Shown piece after piece: positions 1-11,409 of a stretch of 64,000 nucleotides of DNA. A model generated the notes under the pieces. The model saw only the letters and a program-made list of their open reading frames with translations. It did not search any database and was not told the origin of the DNA. Each line of letters starts with the position of its first letter. Position 1 is the first letter of the stretch. The stretch covers positions 60,447 through 124,446 of the forward strand of contig CDRNVI010000028.1 in NCBI GenBank assembly GCA_977017575.1. Reading direction: 5' to 3'. The DNA comes from Paramoeba atlantica. Taxonomy: Eukaryota; Protista; Discosea. A program made the translations under genes and the position numbers.

Positions 1-415
1 TTGCGAACACATCATGTGCTCCTTTACTTCATTATGACTGCTTTTTGAGAAAAAAGACAATTAATTGAATTAATGGAAAAAGAGGTGTCGGATCCGTATG
101 TGAATTGAAGCCTGCACCTTGCAGGTGCTTTTGATAGGGTGTTTCTGGGCTGCGTATATCGCGCAATGTCTGTCATGCCTATGAGTGTTTTACCAACTTA
201 CATTGGTAAATGAGCTCTTACTTTCTCTGGGGGGAATTTTAAAGGGGTGTAAAAGGCTGCAACAAGGTAGAACGGCGGTAATAAGCCTTCGTATAAGCCT
301 TCGTAATAAGCCTTCGTAAAGGAGCGATATTTCGGACTTGAAAAGTGCTTCTTTTCGCTCTGTGTACGAATTCTGTGGGGCGCAAATTATCAGAAATATT
401 ATTTCCGAAGTTTTT

Positions 416-745
416 TTACTGCCCAGGAAGCGTATGAACTCCATGATTTTCTTTTTCCGACTTTCGAATTTCCGATCGAGCTAACTCCACTGACTGCCGC
501 AATAATAGGGATGAAGGCTGATACCACGTCAGATCCTGTTGATGGTAATCCAAAAGGAGATTCCGAAGTAATATTTGCCCCACTTGTTTTTCCTCTGGCG
601 CTGGGTGAGATAGAGCCAAAATGGTAGTCTCTATACGTTCCTCGTAATCTTTGAATGCACGACTATTAGTGAAATGATTACAAGTAAGTCGCAAAAGCGG
701 CTGTAATTCTTTCCGAATTTGGAGCTCTTCTGCTAGCCATTGCAT
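416..745 (-). pseudogene. ORF fragment weakly resembling the Harbinger accessory ORF at 17410
   Basis: RIETTIL...LLRNLLLD versus RIEENIL...ARRNLVQD; lies inside the 243-1866 element. Confidence 0.25.
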
Positions 746-1223
746 TTTTAGTATTCTTGTTCAGAAAAGCATTGAAAAGTAGAAAATATCAGCCTGCAGT
801 AGCAGAATATCATTGAACGCAAAAATCCACCCAGTGGTGGAAATCGAGTAGACGTAATAAGAAAACGCCAATAACCTACAGTACAAATTAGATTTATATT
901 TTTCCGCTACTGTCCTAACACTACGAAAAACTTACTACGAAAAAGAATAAAATCAAAAGCTCTCTCCATGATTTCAAACCCTTTATAACAGTTTTTCTGA
1001 TTAGGGGTGTAGGATCATCTTGAGCATCGAAAGTTTATGAGAGTACAATTTGGTGTGCCGCTGCGCCTCAAAAAGAGCCACTAAACTTGAGCTCCGAACC
1101 GGTAAGGTAACTGATCGATCGATCGCATTTGAATTCTGTCATACTGAGGGACAGAATAAAACGTATGACTAATTTTGGACTGTACAAAATTTAAAGTCAA
1201 TCAAAAAGAATTGCTTTTGACAG

Positions 1224-1487
1224 TTATGTCATGATATTCTCATACCACCTTCGCAGTTGAGTACACTGTTCTTCAAGCTTCTTCAGTGTTTTAGCGTATT
1301 TCTCACACTCCTTTGTCAAGCTTTCTTTTTCGAGTTCATAAAGTCCTATTATTTTCTGTATTTGCGAACGATCGCCTTTTCCGGCTGCACTGCGAAACTG
1401 CTCGAAAAGTTCAACGTCGCGTTGAAGTTCGTTTACCACACGCCCCTGGTCATCGCGGGCCGATGTCGGAGGTGTCAACGTATCCAT
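1224..1487 (-). CDS. Small coiled-coil hypothetical protein (87 aa)
   Basis: ATG start and heptad-like C-terminal half; may belong to the surrounding element. Confidence 0.35.
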   Translation of the reverse strand: MDTLTPPTSARDDQGRVVNELQRDVELFEQFRSAAGKGDRSQIQKIIGLYELEKESLTKECEKYAKTLKKLEEQCTQLRRWYENIMT

Positions 1488-1975
1488 AAAATTTTAAATG
1501 TACCTTCGAAAAACGTGTACAGAATCACGTGTCCTATAAAAAGCCACAACTGCATACACGATTTTTACACTAGAAAATCAAGAATAGAGCAGTCCTCGTG
1601 CAATGGGGTTCTATAAGTGCACTCTTTCCCAGAAACGTACAATAACATGTAACATTTATACATATTTTTGTACCAGGTGAATGTAGTACAAAGTGAATGT
1701 ACACCAATGTAATGTAAATTTACAGCTAATTTATACTGCTAATTTATACAATATCCAAAATCGATTAACTTAATGTTCGAAAAGGATCAGGAAAATGAAA
1801 TAGTATAGCAAGTTACTATGTTTAAAGTAACTTCTTAAAATAACAGCATTTTTTACACCCCCCCCTTAAACCCTTCGCCAGCAAAACAAGCATTATCATA
1901 CAGCAAAAATCCTGTATTACGGCAAATATAATATAATATTATACATTTGTATAAACAGTAAAAAGCATCATCATA

Positions 1976-2815
1976 TTAGAGGGTAATGCTCAGCGCTAGA
2001 GTGTGATCGATATCAAGAGGATTGCCTTCAGAGGCGAGTTCGTCATTGTCGTGCATCCACAAGACTTCCAAGCTTTCTGGAAGATTATCAAGCCTTGCTA
2101 ACCCAGTGAAGTGATTGTTGTTAAGGTACAGTGCTTTCAGCGTCGCGGGCAACCGGCGCAGCTGAACTGGTCCAGTAAACAAATTTCGCGATAGATTGAG
2201 ACAGGTCATGCCGCTAGGCAAACTAACAAGATCGACATGCCCGGATAACTTATTGCTACTAAGAGTTAACGCTAACAAGCTCTGAGACAACTGCGTCAAG
2301 TCCACACCATCTTGAAAATTATTGTAATCCACCCAAACCTTCTCTAATGTGTTTGGCAAAAATTGTAAATCCAAACCGCCCGAAAATTGATTTAGAACCA
2401 AATTTAAAACACGTAATTTCGAAGGAAGCGTCTTGAGAGGGACATTTCCAGACAATTTCTGTTTTGCGACATCAACCACTAAGATTTTCTGGGGGAGCCA
2501 CTCCCATTGAATGGACCCGGATAGGCTATTCAGCTCGGCAACATTTTCCCAATCAATCTTAGTGACATGTAGGCCATCCTCACAAGTTACACCTTTCCAT
2601 TCACACGCCGGTGTCGATACGTTCCATGTAGGGTGTGGATTTTCTACTAATTCAACAAACCGTGCGAGCTCGTATTCCTGAGGTAAATTCGAACCTCCCA
2701 CCCTTCCTATTCGAACATTGTGCTTGCCTTCTTCATTTCCCTCGTTGTGCGAATTTCGCGGGGCGTGCGGCTTCTGAGCGTCGGAGAGGGACATCGCAAG
2801 TATTGTTATGCTCAT
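1976..2815 (-). CDS. Leucine-rich repeat protein (Perkinsela-type family)
   Basis: Leader RIGRVGG..LPQEYELARF, CxWxGVxC cap, repeated LxxLxLxxNxFxGxxxLxxLP. Confidence 0.9.
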   Translation of the reverse strand: MSITILAMSLSDAQKPHAPRNSHNEGNEEGKHNVRIGRVGGSNLPQEYELARFVELVENPHPTWNVSTPACEWKGVTCEDGLHVTKIDWENVAELNSLSGSIQWEWLPQKILVVDVAKQKLSGNVPLKTLPSKLRVLNLVLNQFSGGLDLQFLPNTLEKVWVDYNNFQDGVDLTQLSQSLLALTLSSNKLSGHVDLVSLPSGMTCLNLSRNLFTGPVQLRRLPATLKALYLNNNHFTGLARLDNLPESLEVLWMHDNDELASEGNPLDIDHTLALSITL

Positions 2816-3199
2816 GTGGTGGATGCCAAAACAAATTTACGAAAGTTAGAGGTAAGTTATATAGATAAAGTATTGGTTTATAATAAACCAATGGTTATAA
2901 TAAACCAATGGTTCCAATAAATTATTAGAATCCATGGTTTGCAGTCCACTGATAAATTAAGGAAAACAAATAAACGGGTCCGGCTTAATATACACCCCGG
3001 TATTGTACGAGGTCACAGGTATGTTAGAAGGTCACAGGTGTGATAAGTTATTCTTGCTAAAGTGTTAAAAAAGTGATCACCAGTAGAAGTGAAAGTGAAA
3101 GTGAAGCATAATTTTACGAAAAAGTGATATTTTGCTTTGATGTGGTCTAAACGTTTTCTTGTCATATTCTACTCGCAAAGTGTTTTTTGTGAACACAAT

Positions 3200-3340
3200 G
3201 TCAAATTATCCAGGTTCTATAACGTATGGCGAATGACAATGGCCGTGAACAATTGGCACTAGAAACACTTTTAAGCAGTCAAACTGTCACAGAATTGACC
3301 AAAACGTTGGAAGCAAAGTTGTTGCTTCTGTCCATGAAAT
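3200..3340 (+). pseudogene. Merlin/IS1595-like transposase N-terminal remnant
   Basis: NGREQLALETLLSSQTVTELTKTLE matches NGREQIALECQLSARTVTNISHMLE of the 49334-49915 ORF. Confidence 0.5.
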
Positions 3341-3393
3341 GCGAACTGCGGCTGCACGAGACACTGTTTCTATCATACAGAAGGAATTTATAT

Positions 3394-4857
3394 ACCGTTA
3401 TCCCCCCCTTACTTAGCCCCCACTTTTTGGTCCAAAACCTGTACTTTGTGGTGAAGTAAGGGGGGTGGTGAAGTAAGGGGGGTGAATAAGTGATTCAAAG
3501 TTCGATCAATCTATATTTCTTTCGGAAATCCTCAAATTATTGAAGTACACTATGCTATCGATATTGAGCATAATTTCCTTTTCTTGAGTGTTGTAATACC
3601 TCGTGTTGCACGTTCTATATTTTATGTTTCTTTTACCGGTGAAACACTTTTTAACGTAATTAAAATGTACGTTTTTTTAATTAACGTAGTATTAATTAAC
3701 GTAATACCGTCAAAGTACTTATTAACGGAATAAAAATCATTGGAATAAAAATTAACGGAATAATAATTAACGGAATAATATTTTTTTTAGATTTTCACCA
3801 AACTCTTCCCAAAAATTTTAGTCAGTGGTCGGTCTGTTCATCAACAAAATTCAAAACATTTCTCTCCTGAAAAACAAAAACGACGTCACCGCGAAAGGAT
3901 GAATCGATTAAGACGTATCCGCAGAAGTTACAAGATAGATCTCTTGACGCTTAAATTTTGTTAGGATTTTGGTAAAAATCATTGGAATAATAATTAACGG
4001 AATAATTTCCGTCCAAAAAAACATTCCGTTAATTACTATTATTGTTAATAAGTACTTTGACGGTAATTAAATTTGGTCAAAAAAAGGCGAAAAATAAGTA
4101 ATAATTTCTTTTTTTAAATTTCTAGCAGACGCCTCAATACGGCCCGTTGCCCTTGGAAACTACACCCATAGGCGGTGGACTATTTCGCTTTAGGTGAAAT
4201 TTTGGATAAGTGTCCAAACTTTGTTCAATTTTGTGGGCTTAAAAATAATAAACCTCAAATTTTTTGTGGAACTAAATTTTGCTATCGCGCCACAAAAACA
4301 CAAATTAACGTAACTTTAATGAACGTAGCATTAATTAACGTAATCATTTTTTTCTCGTCAGACATTACGTTAATTAATGTTATTCTTAATTAAAGTTTCA
4401 CCGGTAGCTTGTCCACAATGTCCCATGCATTTTTATCTTTCCGCCCATGAAAATTTCTTACATCGTAAAATTTAAATGATGTCGCAGAACATAACTTATT
4501 GAACATCAACTTAAATTTTAGAACTACAAGACGCTGTGGCGCAACTTTATGATCAAAGCGATGATGAAACTGACATGGAAGAAAATCGTTCTAAATTCGA
4601 AATGGTTCAACGAATCAATCATTCCGGATTGCTCCGATTGGTCACTGGCAAGCCAGACACTTCACAGATAGATTTGGAAGTCTGGAGGCCGAAGTCCTCT
4701 ACCGATGTAACGGTCGGTTGCAGTGCACCCGTCCGGCTGTGTAGAGGTGGTAAGTTGCCTGGGGAAAAATCTGACACCCCCCTTACTTCACCACACATCC
4801 AGTGACTAAATGTGGTGAAGTAAGGGGGGAGGCGAAGTAAGGGGGGGGGGTAACGGT
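3394..4857. mobile_element. TA-flanked MITE (Tc1/mariner-pogo type ends)
   Basis: TA|CCGTTATCCCCCCCTTACTT at about 3392 and AAGTAAGGGGGGGGGGTAACGG|TA at about 4835-4859. Internal GTGGTGAAGTAAGGGGGG repeats near both ends. A similar right end recurs at about 41943-41962. Confidence 0.55.
3636..4404. mobile_element. Nested TA-flanked MITE
   Basis: TA|CCGGTGAAAC ... GTTTCACCGG|TA, with many internal AATTAACGTA/AATTAACGGAAT motifs. Confidence 0.65.
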
Positions 4858-4914
4858 AATGACAGGAATGCCGAGAGAAAAAGAAACGTGCACGACAACG
4901 CAGAGATCATCGTA

Positions 4915-4965
4915 TGCAGGGGTGAAAATCAGATGCTGGGGGGTCTAAAATTTGTAAAACTTGTC
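4915..4965 (+). repeat. Remnant of the inner direct repeat of the Tc1-like element at 29583
   Basis: CAGGGGTGAAAA...GGGGGGTCTAAAATTTG matches about 29815-29855. Confidence 0.5.
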
Positions 4966-5282
4966 CATATTTCAGAATACGCTCGAAATCATGGGATTTA
5001 CAATGTTTGTCTCCCCTTAATTTATGGTTTCCGTGATATTTATGAATGCTGTAATTTTTTTCGTATATTCTGGTACATGTTGTAGGACCGTTCCATAACC
5101 GTTTCCATAAGGCCGCGGTTTTCTTCAATTGCTTTTCTTATTATGTATTCTATGAAACCCAAAAAATGTATTTAAATGGAGCTCAAAATGAATATGTACG
5201 CCGGGTACAATTGCGATTTCTTGAAAGACTACGAATTTCTCTCTTCTATCGCAAAACCAATAAAAAGTATTTATTCCGGCCT

Positions 5283-6113
5283 TTAGTTGCCTTTCTTCCA
5301 CAACCACCTCTCCACTGTCTGGCGTTGTTCTTGAGGCGTATCAAATACGTCATACACTCTACTCAGAATACAGTTTGCTTTTGAATCGAAATTCTGAAGA
5401 AATTCTGTCGTACACGGACCCAGATCACGAATACAATCATGTAAGAGTTCGTTATCTTCACGACCTGCACTGTCCACTTTTCGATACTTCGATGCCTTGT
5501 AACCCCCGAGCTGCCGTACATGATTTAACGTGTGCTTTGCGAGGTAGTAGGCAACAAGATTAAAAGAAAGATCGCTTGCAGCTTGAATGACAGTTGAAGT
5601 AACAATGTCGAAAAGGTTGTGGTCGGCATCACGAATAAGTTGACGGAACGTTCGAATAGCATTCTGTGTGTTAGAAAGAGGATGATGAACGCGGTCTAGC
5701 AATAAATTTTTCTCGCCGTTTTTAGCTTCATCAGTATTAGGACCATTTTCCGTTGTATCTGTTCGACCTGCTAGAGCATCCACTTGTATCATTCCAGACA
5801 ACGAGAAATGAAGGATATCTACAAGTTCAATGCATACATTTTTTAGATCGGGCTCACGGTGAACGCTCTTCCACCATTTCCACGGGTAGGAATCAATTAG
5901 CTCTGCACATTCTAACGTTATCGCGAGAGACCAGTCCGCGCAAGATCTCTTCGATATCCAATCTTTGTCAATAAACTGGTTAAGCGCGTCTTGAAGAGAA
6001 GAAAGTTTTCCCAATACTTCTTTAGGTATGCCCACAGTTTCTGTGTCTATAGTAGGTGGATTAGATTTAATTGCTTCCTTTTCCCCAACTGGAATGCTTT
6101 CTTTTGACATCAA
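5283..6113 (-). CDS. Dimeric (all-alpha, kinetoplastid/Campylobacter-type) dUTPase
   Basis: LQDALNQFIDKDW, ITLECAELIDSYPWKWWK, IELVDILHFSLS, YLAKHTLNHVRQLGGYK and GREDNE motifs. Confidence 0.92.
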   Translation of the reverse strand: MMSKESIPVGEKEAIKSNPPTIDTETVGIPKEVLGKLSSLQDALNQFIDKDWISKRSCADWSLAITLECAELIDSYPWKWWKSVHREPDLKNVCIELVDILHFSLSGMIQVDALAGRTDTTENGPNTDEAKNGEKNLLLDRVHHPLSNTQNAIRTFRQLIRDADHNLFDIVTSTVIQAASDLSFNLVAYYLAKHTLNHVRQLGGYKASKYRKVDSAGREDNELLHDCIRDLGPCTTEFLQNFDSKANCILSRVYDVFDTPQEQRQTVERWLWKKGN

Positions 6114-6445
6114 ATCGTATTTGAGAAAAACGTTTTTGAAAAAAGTACGTTGGTTTCAAAAGTAAAAGTTGATTATGCTACTCGGTTGAATTTAATATGT
6201 ACATCATTAAGCCGGTGAACGCAACTTCTGTTACGTAGCGTTGCAAAAACCCTCCTGAATCTATCCCTTCATCAAGAATTTCCAAATATTTTCTTCTAAA
6301 ACAACACAGAACACCTACATAGAAAGTTATTACACTTTTTTTACAATACACTGTACCACTACTGCTTCATTGGATAGACCGACATGCGTTGCGTGTCTGC
6401 CAAGTGAATTGACAAGCGTCATCTTTAGTCAAGGATGAGTTCTTC

Positions 6446-7075
6446 TCACATAGTAGTACACATGGACGAACTATGGCTGTCACCCCATTCGATGCCTGTC
6501 CCCAGCAGTGAACAATGCACAAGAGTCTTTGGTAAATGTTCTTTGGAAATTTGACCACTCAACCTTTGATTGTAATCTAAACACAATATTGTGAGACCAT
6601 TCGGAAGCTGACTAAGATTTACTTCCCCATCAAACTGATTGCGATCCAGATTTATGGAACACATTGTGGGCGGCAGCTGCGTGAAATCGAGTGCACCCGA
6701 AAACAAATTTCCGCTTGCGTGCAGTTCCACCAGCTGCCCCGGAAGATCTTCAAACGGTAATGACCCAGAGAGATGATTACCGTTCAGGTAAATCTTTTGC
6801 AACATGGCAGGTAACGATGACCAGCAGGGCTTACCCGCTAAGTTACGAATCGCCCACATCAGTTCCACGACATTCCCCCGCTCGTCACAATTCACACCGT
6901 TCCACTCACACGCAGGTCTCTTTATATCCCACGTGGGATGAACAGGATGCACGTTGCAGGTGAATTGAAAAAGCTGATCTTGAAAATGCGACGCAGCGCT
7001 GACTCTCCCTAGGCGCGTCGCTGATCCGGATGTCGCTCGCTTTTGCGTTTCGAATGCCTCACTGGAAAAATCCAT
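6446..7075 (-). CDS. Leucine-rich repeat protein
   Basis: RLGRVSAASHFQD leader, PACEWNGVNC cap, about 4 LRRs. Confidence 0.88.
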   Translation of the reverse strand: MDFSSEAFETQKRATSGSATRLGRVSAASHFQDQLFQFTCNVHPVHPTWDIKRPACEWNGVNCDERGNVVELMWAIRNLAGKPCWSSLPAMLQKIYLNGNHLSGSLPFEDLPGQLVELHASGNLFSGALDFTQLPPTMCSINLDRNQFDGEVNLSQLPNGLTILCLDYNQRLSGQISKEHLPKTLVHCSLLGTGIEWGDSHSSSMCTTM

Positions 7076-7549
7076 TCGCTATAAATTTACAATGTAGAAT
7101 ATCCAATCAAAGGATGCTGAGTAGGGTGTGTAAACGTACGTATCAAAAAGTAGACAATTACTCATGTAAATAGAGTACCTGGAGAACTAAGAAACAGTCA
7201 TGGTATCAATTTTCAAACGCTAAGCATCCGTTTCAAACCAATTTCCTAGCTCCTCTTTTTTTGAAGACCCATGCTTTTTTTCACGACTCATACGTTCAGT
7301 GTCTTTATCAAAATTTTTATACATATTTTAGTGCTTTATATACGTATTTAGTGCTCATATGGCAAACACTTTTAGTAAACACCACAAGAAAATACAAAAA
7401 AAGACATCGCATCCTAAAGATTTATGGATAAGTTTATAAGTTCTTTAAACTGTACCCCACGTTCAAGCGCGCCTCATTTTCCTTAAGAACTTAAACGGGG
7501 GTCACTGTATACAGTAATATGCAATGCTGTACTGCATGCGTGCTAGTAC

Positions 7550-8203
7550 TCACAAATGCGTACCCAAGAAACTGTTTTTGCTAACGTACATGTCCAGAAA
7601 ACTTTTCTCCACGATTTGCGTCCCTTTCCAACACAAGTTCTGCGAACGTGAAAGATCCGCACGCAATGCCATGGACAATTTCGTCACGTCTACCGAACCC
7701 GTGAGTCCGCGGTTATGGGAAAGGACCAACTCTACAAGACCACGGGGAACGTTCGAGAAATCTACCTCCCCGGAAAATTTATTGTAGTCTAGCCTAATTT
7801 TCTGCATCGATCTCGGTATGTCCCCTAGATGGATTTCTCCTTCGAAAGCGTTGTTGTGAAGTCGTAGTTCTTCCAGATAGGGAGGCAAACTTTCCCATTG
7901 CACAGACCCGGAAAGGGTGTTCTGAGGAAGATTGATAGTAATGGCTGTCTCGGGACTGTGTGCCCAGTCAATTGTGCCCTTGCTTCGCGTGCAAGAAATG
8001 TCGATTCTATTTATTTTGCTTTGACTATTGCACCTGACGCCTCTCCACCTACATGCAGGTGTTTCAGTGGACCACGTTTTGGGCGGCTCCTCAATGCCCC
8101 GGAAAAACCGTGCGAGATCGTATTCTTGAGGTAATCTGTGACCACGTACTTTACCCAGGCGTGGCCTTGATGGCGTGTCTGACATGAAAAATAATGTTAT
8201 CAT
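7550..8203 (-). CDS. Leucine-rich repeat protein
   Basis: RLGKVRGHRLPQEYDLARF leader, PACRWRGVRC cap, LRRs. Confidence 0.88.
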   Translation of the reverse strand: MITLFFMSDTPSRPRLGKVRGHRLPQEYDLARFFRGIEEPPKTWSTETPACRWRGVRCNSQSKINRIDISCTRSKGTIDWAHSPETAITINLPQNTLSGSVQWESLPPYLEELRLHNNAFEGEIHLGDIPRSMQKIRLDYNKFSGEVDFSNVPRGLVELVLSHNRGLTGSVDVTKLSMALRADLSRSQNLCWKGTQIVEKSFLDMYVSKNSFLGTHL

Positions 8204-9541
8204 TAAAATTTTACGATAATTCTACTGGACGACTCGGTGGACAATTCTATAAACTTATTTTATTGAACGCTTTTCAATTGCTGGACTCAATACTCGGAGT
8301 GGTAGTACAGTAGCGCACTCCTTTTTTTAAATGTTGAGAGTTTTTAAGAGCAACAAAAGAGCGCGGCAATATTTGCTGTATTTTGATAATAAATCTTAAA
8401 CTTATCCGGTACAAACCGGGTTTACAAACCCGGCTATAAGGTAAAATGTCAGCGTAGTGCTTTGCTATGAGAGCGAGATTTCTCGTTTGCAACAAAAATG
8501 AGCTCTATGGCCAAAAAGCGTCTGAAGCGGGACAGGTAGGAAGCTGTAAAAGAAGGGTACCGAATACAAGCATAAGCAGAGGTATGCACCGGAAGTTTGA
8601 AGTGTAACGGGGGTGATTCATTGTTTCAAGTTTTAGTAAATTTGAAGCAATGCCGTGCATGCGTTTATTTGTAAGAAGTAAGCATGTACAAGTTGAGAAA
8701 AGCTTAAAGTACGAGAAAAAAGAGATTTTTTCTGTAAAAATTTGCAAAATTGCGAATATTAGTTCAGTTTAACCCATTTTTCTTATCTACTGTAACTATA
8801 AACTTGCGCAACCCTGTTTTATTACTATCTCCCCCTATTTAATAGGACGCCGATTTTGGGCAAAAGGCCCCATTCAAGGGGGGGCCTGGAAAATAATGTG
8901 AAAGAAAAAAAATCGGTTTCGGTATACCTTATTTACCGAAAAAATAAAATACCGTATATTCGTACGTAATATATACGTAATTGTTACGTAAAAGTTGAGT
9001 ACGTAATATATATACCGAAAAAAAATCGGTTCGCGGCGCCCTTTTTTATCGTTGTTAAACAAGCTTCTGCTCCCTTTCGATACACTTTTTGTTGTTGGGG
9101 TAGATACGGAAAGCGGCGGATTCGACAATTTTTTGGGTGGAGGTAAAGGAAAATTCGCTTTTCTTATGACTTTTTAGCTTGACATTTTTCCTTTCGACAA
9201 AAGGCCATTATCTACGTAGATAATATTGTATATGACTATTGTATACCCTTTTTCCGTTATTTTCTATGGTATGCCAGGGGTGTCGGGGGTTCGCTTGTCG
9301 AAGAAAGTTCACCCTCAGCCGTATATCACGCCGGACGGAAGCATAGCGAGCAGTGGCTTCAAAGCCACGGGCTTGTCACGAGAAGGGTCTTCAGTGGAAA
9401 AAGGACACACTCATCACCAAAAGAAATGGAATTAGAGGATAGTGTGTGGCACTGTACTAAGAAATGCAAGGGTAGATTTCTAGATAGGGTGTAAAGCATT
9501 TTTTTTTGAATCACGGCGCTATTGAATAGGGGTGACAGCAA

Positions 9542-10177
9542 CTATTTTCTCTTGTTCGAAATTGCAGTTTCTTTTCCTTTTTTCCATTGATAGTCCTTTT
9601 TTGTCGATGCAGCACCTGAACTCTTGTGATAAAGCGGTGTTCTACTTTGATCTTGTTGTTGTATGAAGGACCTTGCATTTTCCCTTATTGATTTTGCCTC
9701 GTCCAACAGAACTTTCTTCTTCCTGTACGACAGGGCAAGGTAGTCGGCCCTAACCTGCTTGAATGCCGCAAGAAACGCGTTTCTTCGATCGGAAAATACA
9801 GGCACTATGTCTTGATAGATAGATTTCATATGCCTGCTTTTGTATAAACAAAAAGCGGAACTTCTTAGACCTTTTACAATGTCTTGCAAGTGTCGTTTCC
9901 TTTGCAAATTAATAAAGGCAATATCTTTGTATCTGCGAAGCAGGTCTTCGGTTAACCTATCATATTCTATATTCGCCGCTTTTAGTGTGAAAGGAGTCGC
10001 TGGATTCGATTTTCCGTATTTGGCATATTCGGAAAAGAAAATCGTCTTTGCACTTACTGGTAATAATTCAACACATGGCCGTTTTCGAATTTGTCGTACT
10101 TTCGCAACTCGATCCAATTTTGGTTTTTCCTTAAAAATACGTCTTGCTGCTGAAATGCAATGCGTGTGACCAAACAT
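9542..10177 (-). CDS. Basic protein with two HMG-box-like units (kinetoplast-associated protein/TFAM-like)
   Basis: SAKTIFFSEY...YDRLTEDLLRRY and SAFCLYKSRH...YLALSYRKKKVL resemble HMG-box helices. Basic N-terminus is compatible with a mitochondrial presequence. Confidence 0.55.
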   Translation of the reverse strand: MFGHTHCISAARRIFKEKPKLDRVAKVRQIRKRPCVELLPVSAKTIFFSEYAKYGKSNPATPFTLKAANIEYDRLTEDLLRRYKDIAFINLQRKRHLQDIVKGLRSSAFCLYKSRHMKSIYQDIVPVFSDRRNAFLAAFKQVRADYLALSYRKKKVLLDEAKSIRENARSFIQQQDQSRTPLYHKSSGAASTKKDYQWKKGKETAISNKRK

Positions 10178-10410
10178 GATGTATCTGCTCGGTCCATCTC
10201 GCTAATGGTAAGACGGAACATGGTAGAAACTAAGACGCATTTTAAACATTTATACAGAATTACAGAACTTGTATAAGCCGTGAATTGAATGTTTAGCTAT
10301 TAGATTTATTGTACCAAAGTGACTTTAAGTCAGAATAACTGAGTTTTGCTGCGAAGTCCCATAAAAATCCTCCAGGCACTCCCAAACCCGACAAAAACAA
10401 ACTCTCGACC

Positions 10411-11061
10411 TCAATACCAGGTACGAGGTATAGGTGGTCGCGTGCGCTTCATGAAATCTTTCCACTTTGGGATAGTCGCGCTGTACAAGTGCTTCGCATC
10501 CGGGTCATCGGGGTAGTCCATCACCTTTACGAAAGGCTCGAAAGGGGTGAAAAAGGGGCACTGGTTCTTCCGCCACAAGTCCTCATGGGTAGGGTCGGGC
10601 AATTGCGTGCGTCGACGTTCAATCACCCTGGGATCCTCGAACACGTGGATTTGCTCCACAAAATCACCCGAGTTACTCACCCACCAGCGGTTGTAGCGAT
10701 ACCGAGCAGTAGGATAGGATCCGGATGTGTGGGGAACCAATTCCTTCTGTGGCGACTCTCCTCCCAATGGAGAAGAGGTGGACGGACTTACGTTACGGTC
10801 TTGTAAAGTTTCTGTGGAGGTCCTGTCCCGTTTATGACGCTCGTGTGCGTTTTCCATGCTCTGCTGGACGTAGCTATTCGGAGCAGGGCCTTGAGCATGA
10901 TTGGGGGAGTAGCCAGGAGGGAAGGCACCATCCCCCGGTACTCCTGTCGCGTTTACTTTCCTGTCCCGAAGCCATTGGGCGAGTGCGAGTCTTCGAGGTC
11001 CATGAATGCGGTGGTAAAGCTCTCGCCAGTTCTCATGGATTTGAATGCACCGTCTAAACAT
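10411..11061 (-). CDS. Hypothetical protein, probably mitochondrial (MFRR start)
   Basis: ATG at 11061 gives MFRRC, a typical kinetoplastid presequence start. 216 aa with a W/P/R-rich protein-like composition. Function not recognised. Confidence 0.7.
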   Translation of the reverse strand: MFRRCIQIHENWRELYHRIHGPRRLALAQWLRDRKVNATGVPGDGAFPPGYSPNHAQGPAPNSYVQQSMENAHERHKRDRTSTETLQDRNVSPSTSSPLGGESPQKELVPHTSGSYPTARYRYNRWWVSNSGDFVEQIHVFEDPRVIERRRTQLPDPTHEDLWRKNQCPFFTPFEPFVKVMDYPDDPDAKHLYSATIPKWKDFMKRTRPPIPRTWY

Positions 11062-11409
11062 GATGTGTGAAATAGAACAGCAAGAACGAGAAATAGTGTG
11101 TGATTCGTTAATTCTATATTCAGTGGTGCTGTAAAATGCACCCAAAAAAGGTTTAACTCAGATATGGTAGTGTGTATGTACTACGCTAATGTCTTTTAAA
11201 GAAGTTTCAATAAAAAACACAAGCAGACATGCAAAGGTAAAGACGAAGGTAAAGACACTTTACCTGATTTCTAACCCGGACTTGATTCCTCTTTCGTGTA
11301 AGAATCACACATACAGGCACAACACCTGTTCCAAAAGAGATCAAACTCTTAAATTAGCTCCTCGCACCAAAAAGAGGCACAGAAACTGTATCTTAATCGG
11401 TTCACCATC

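Larger units (their letters stand above)
243..1866. mobile_element. Putative non-autonomous PIF/Harbinger-like element
   Basis: TAA|AGGGGTGTAAAA at 240-254 and TTTTACACCCC(CCCC)T|TAA at 1851-1869 form an imperfect TIR with TAA on both sides. Three TAAGCCTTCGTA subterminal repeats at about 284-320. Confidence 0.45.

Noticed and set aside
10190-10230. tRNA-like A-box (TCGCTAATGGTAAGAC)
   Set aside because: No T-loop GTTCRA at the proper distance and no acceptor stem.
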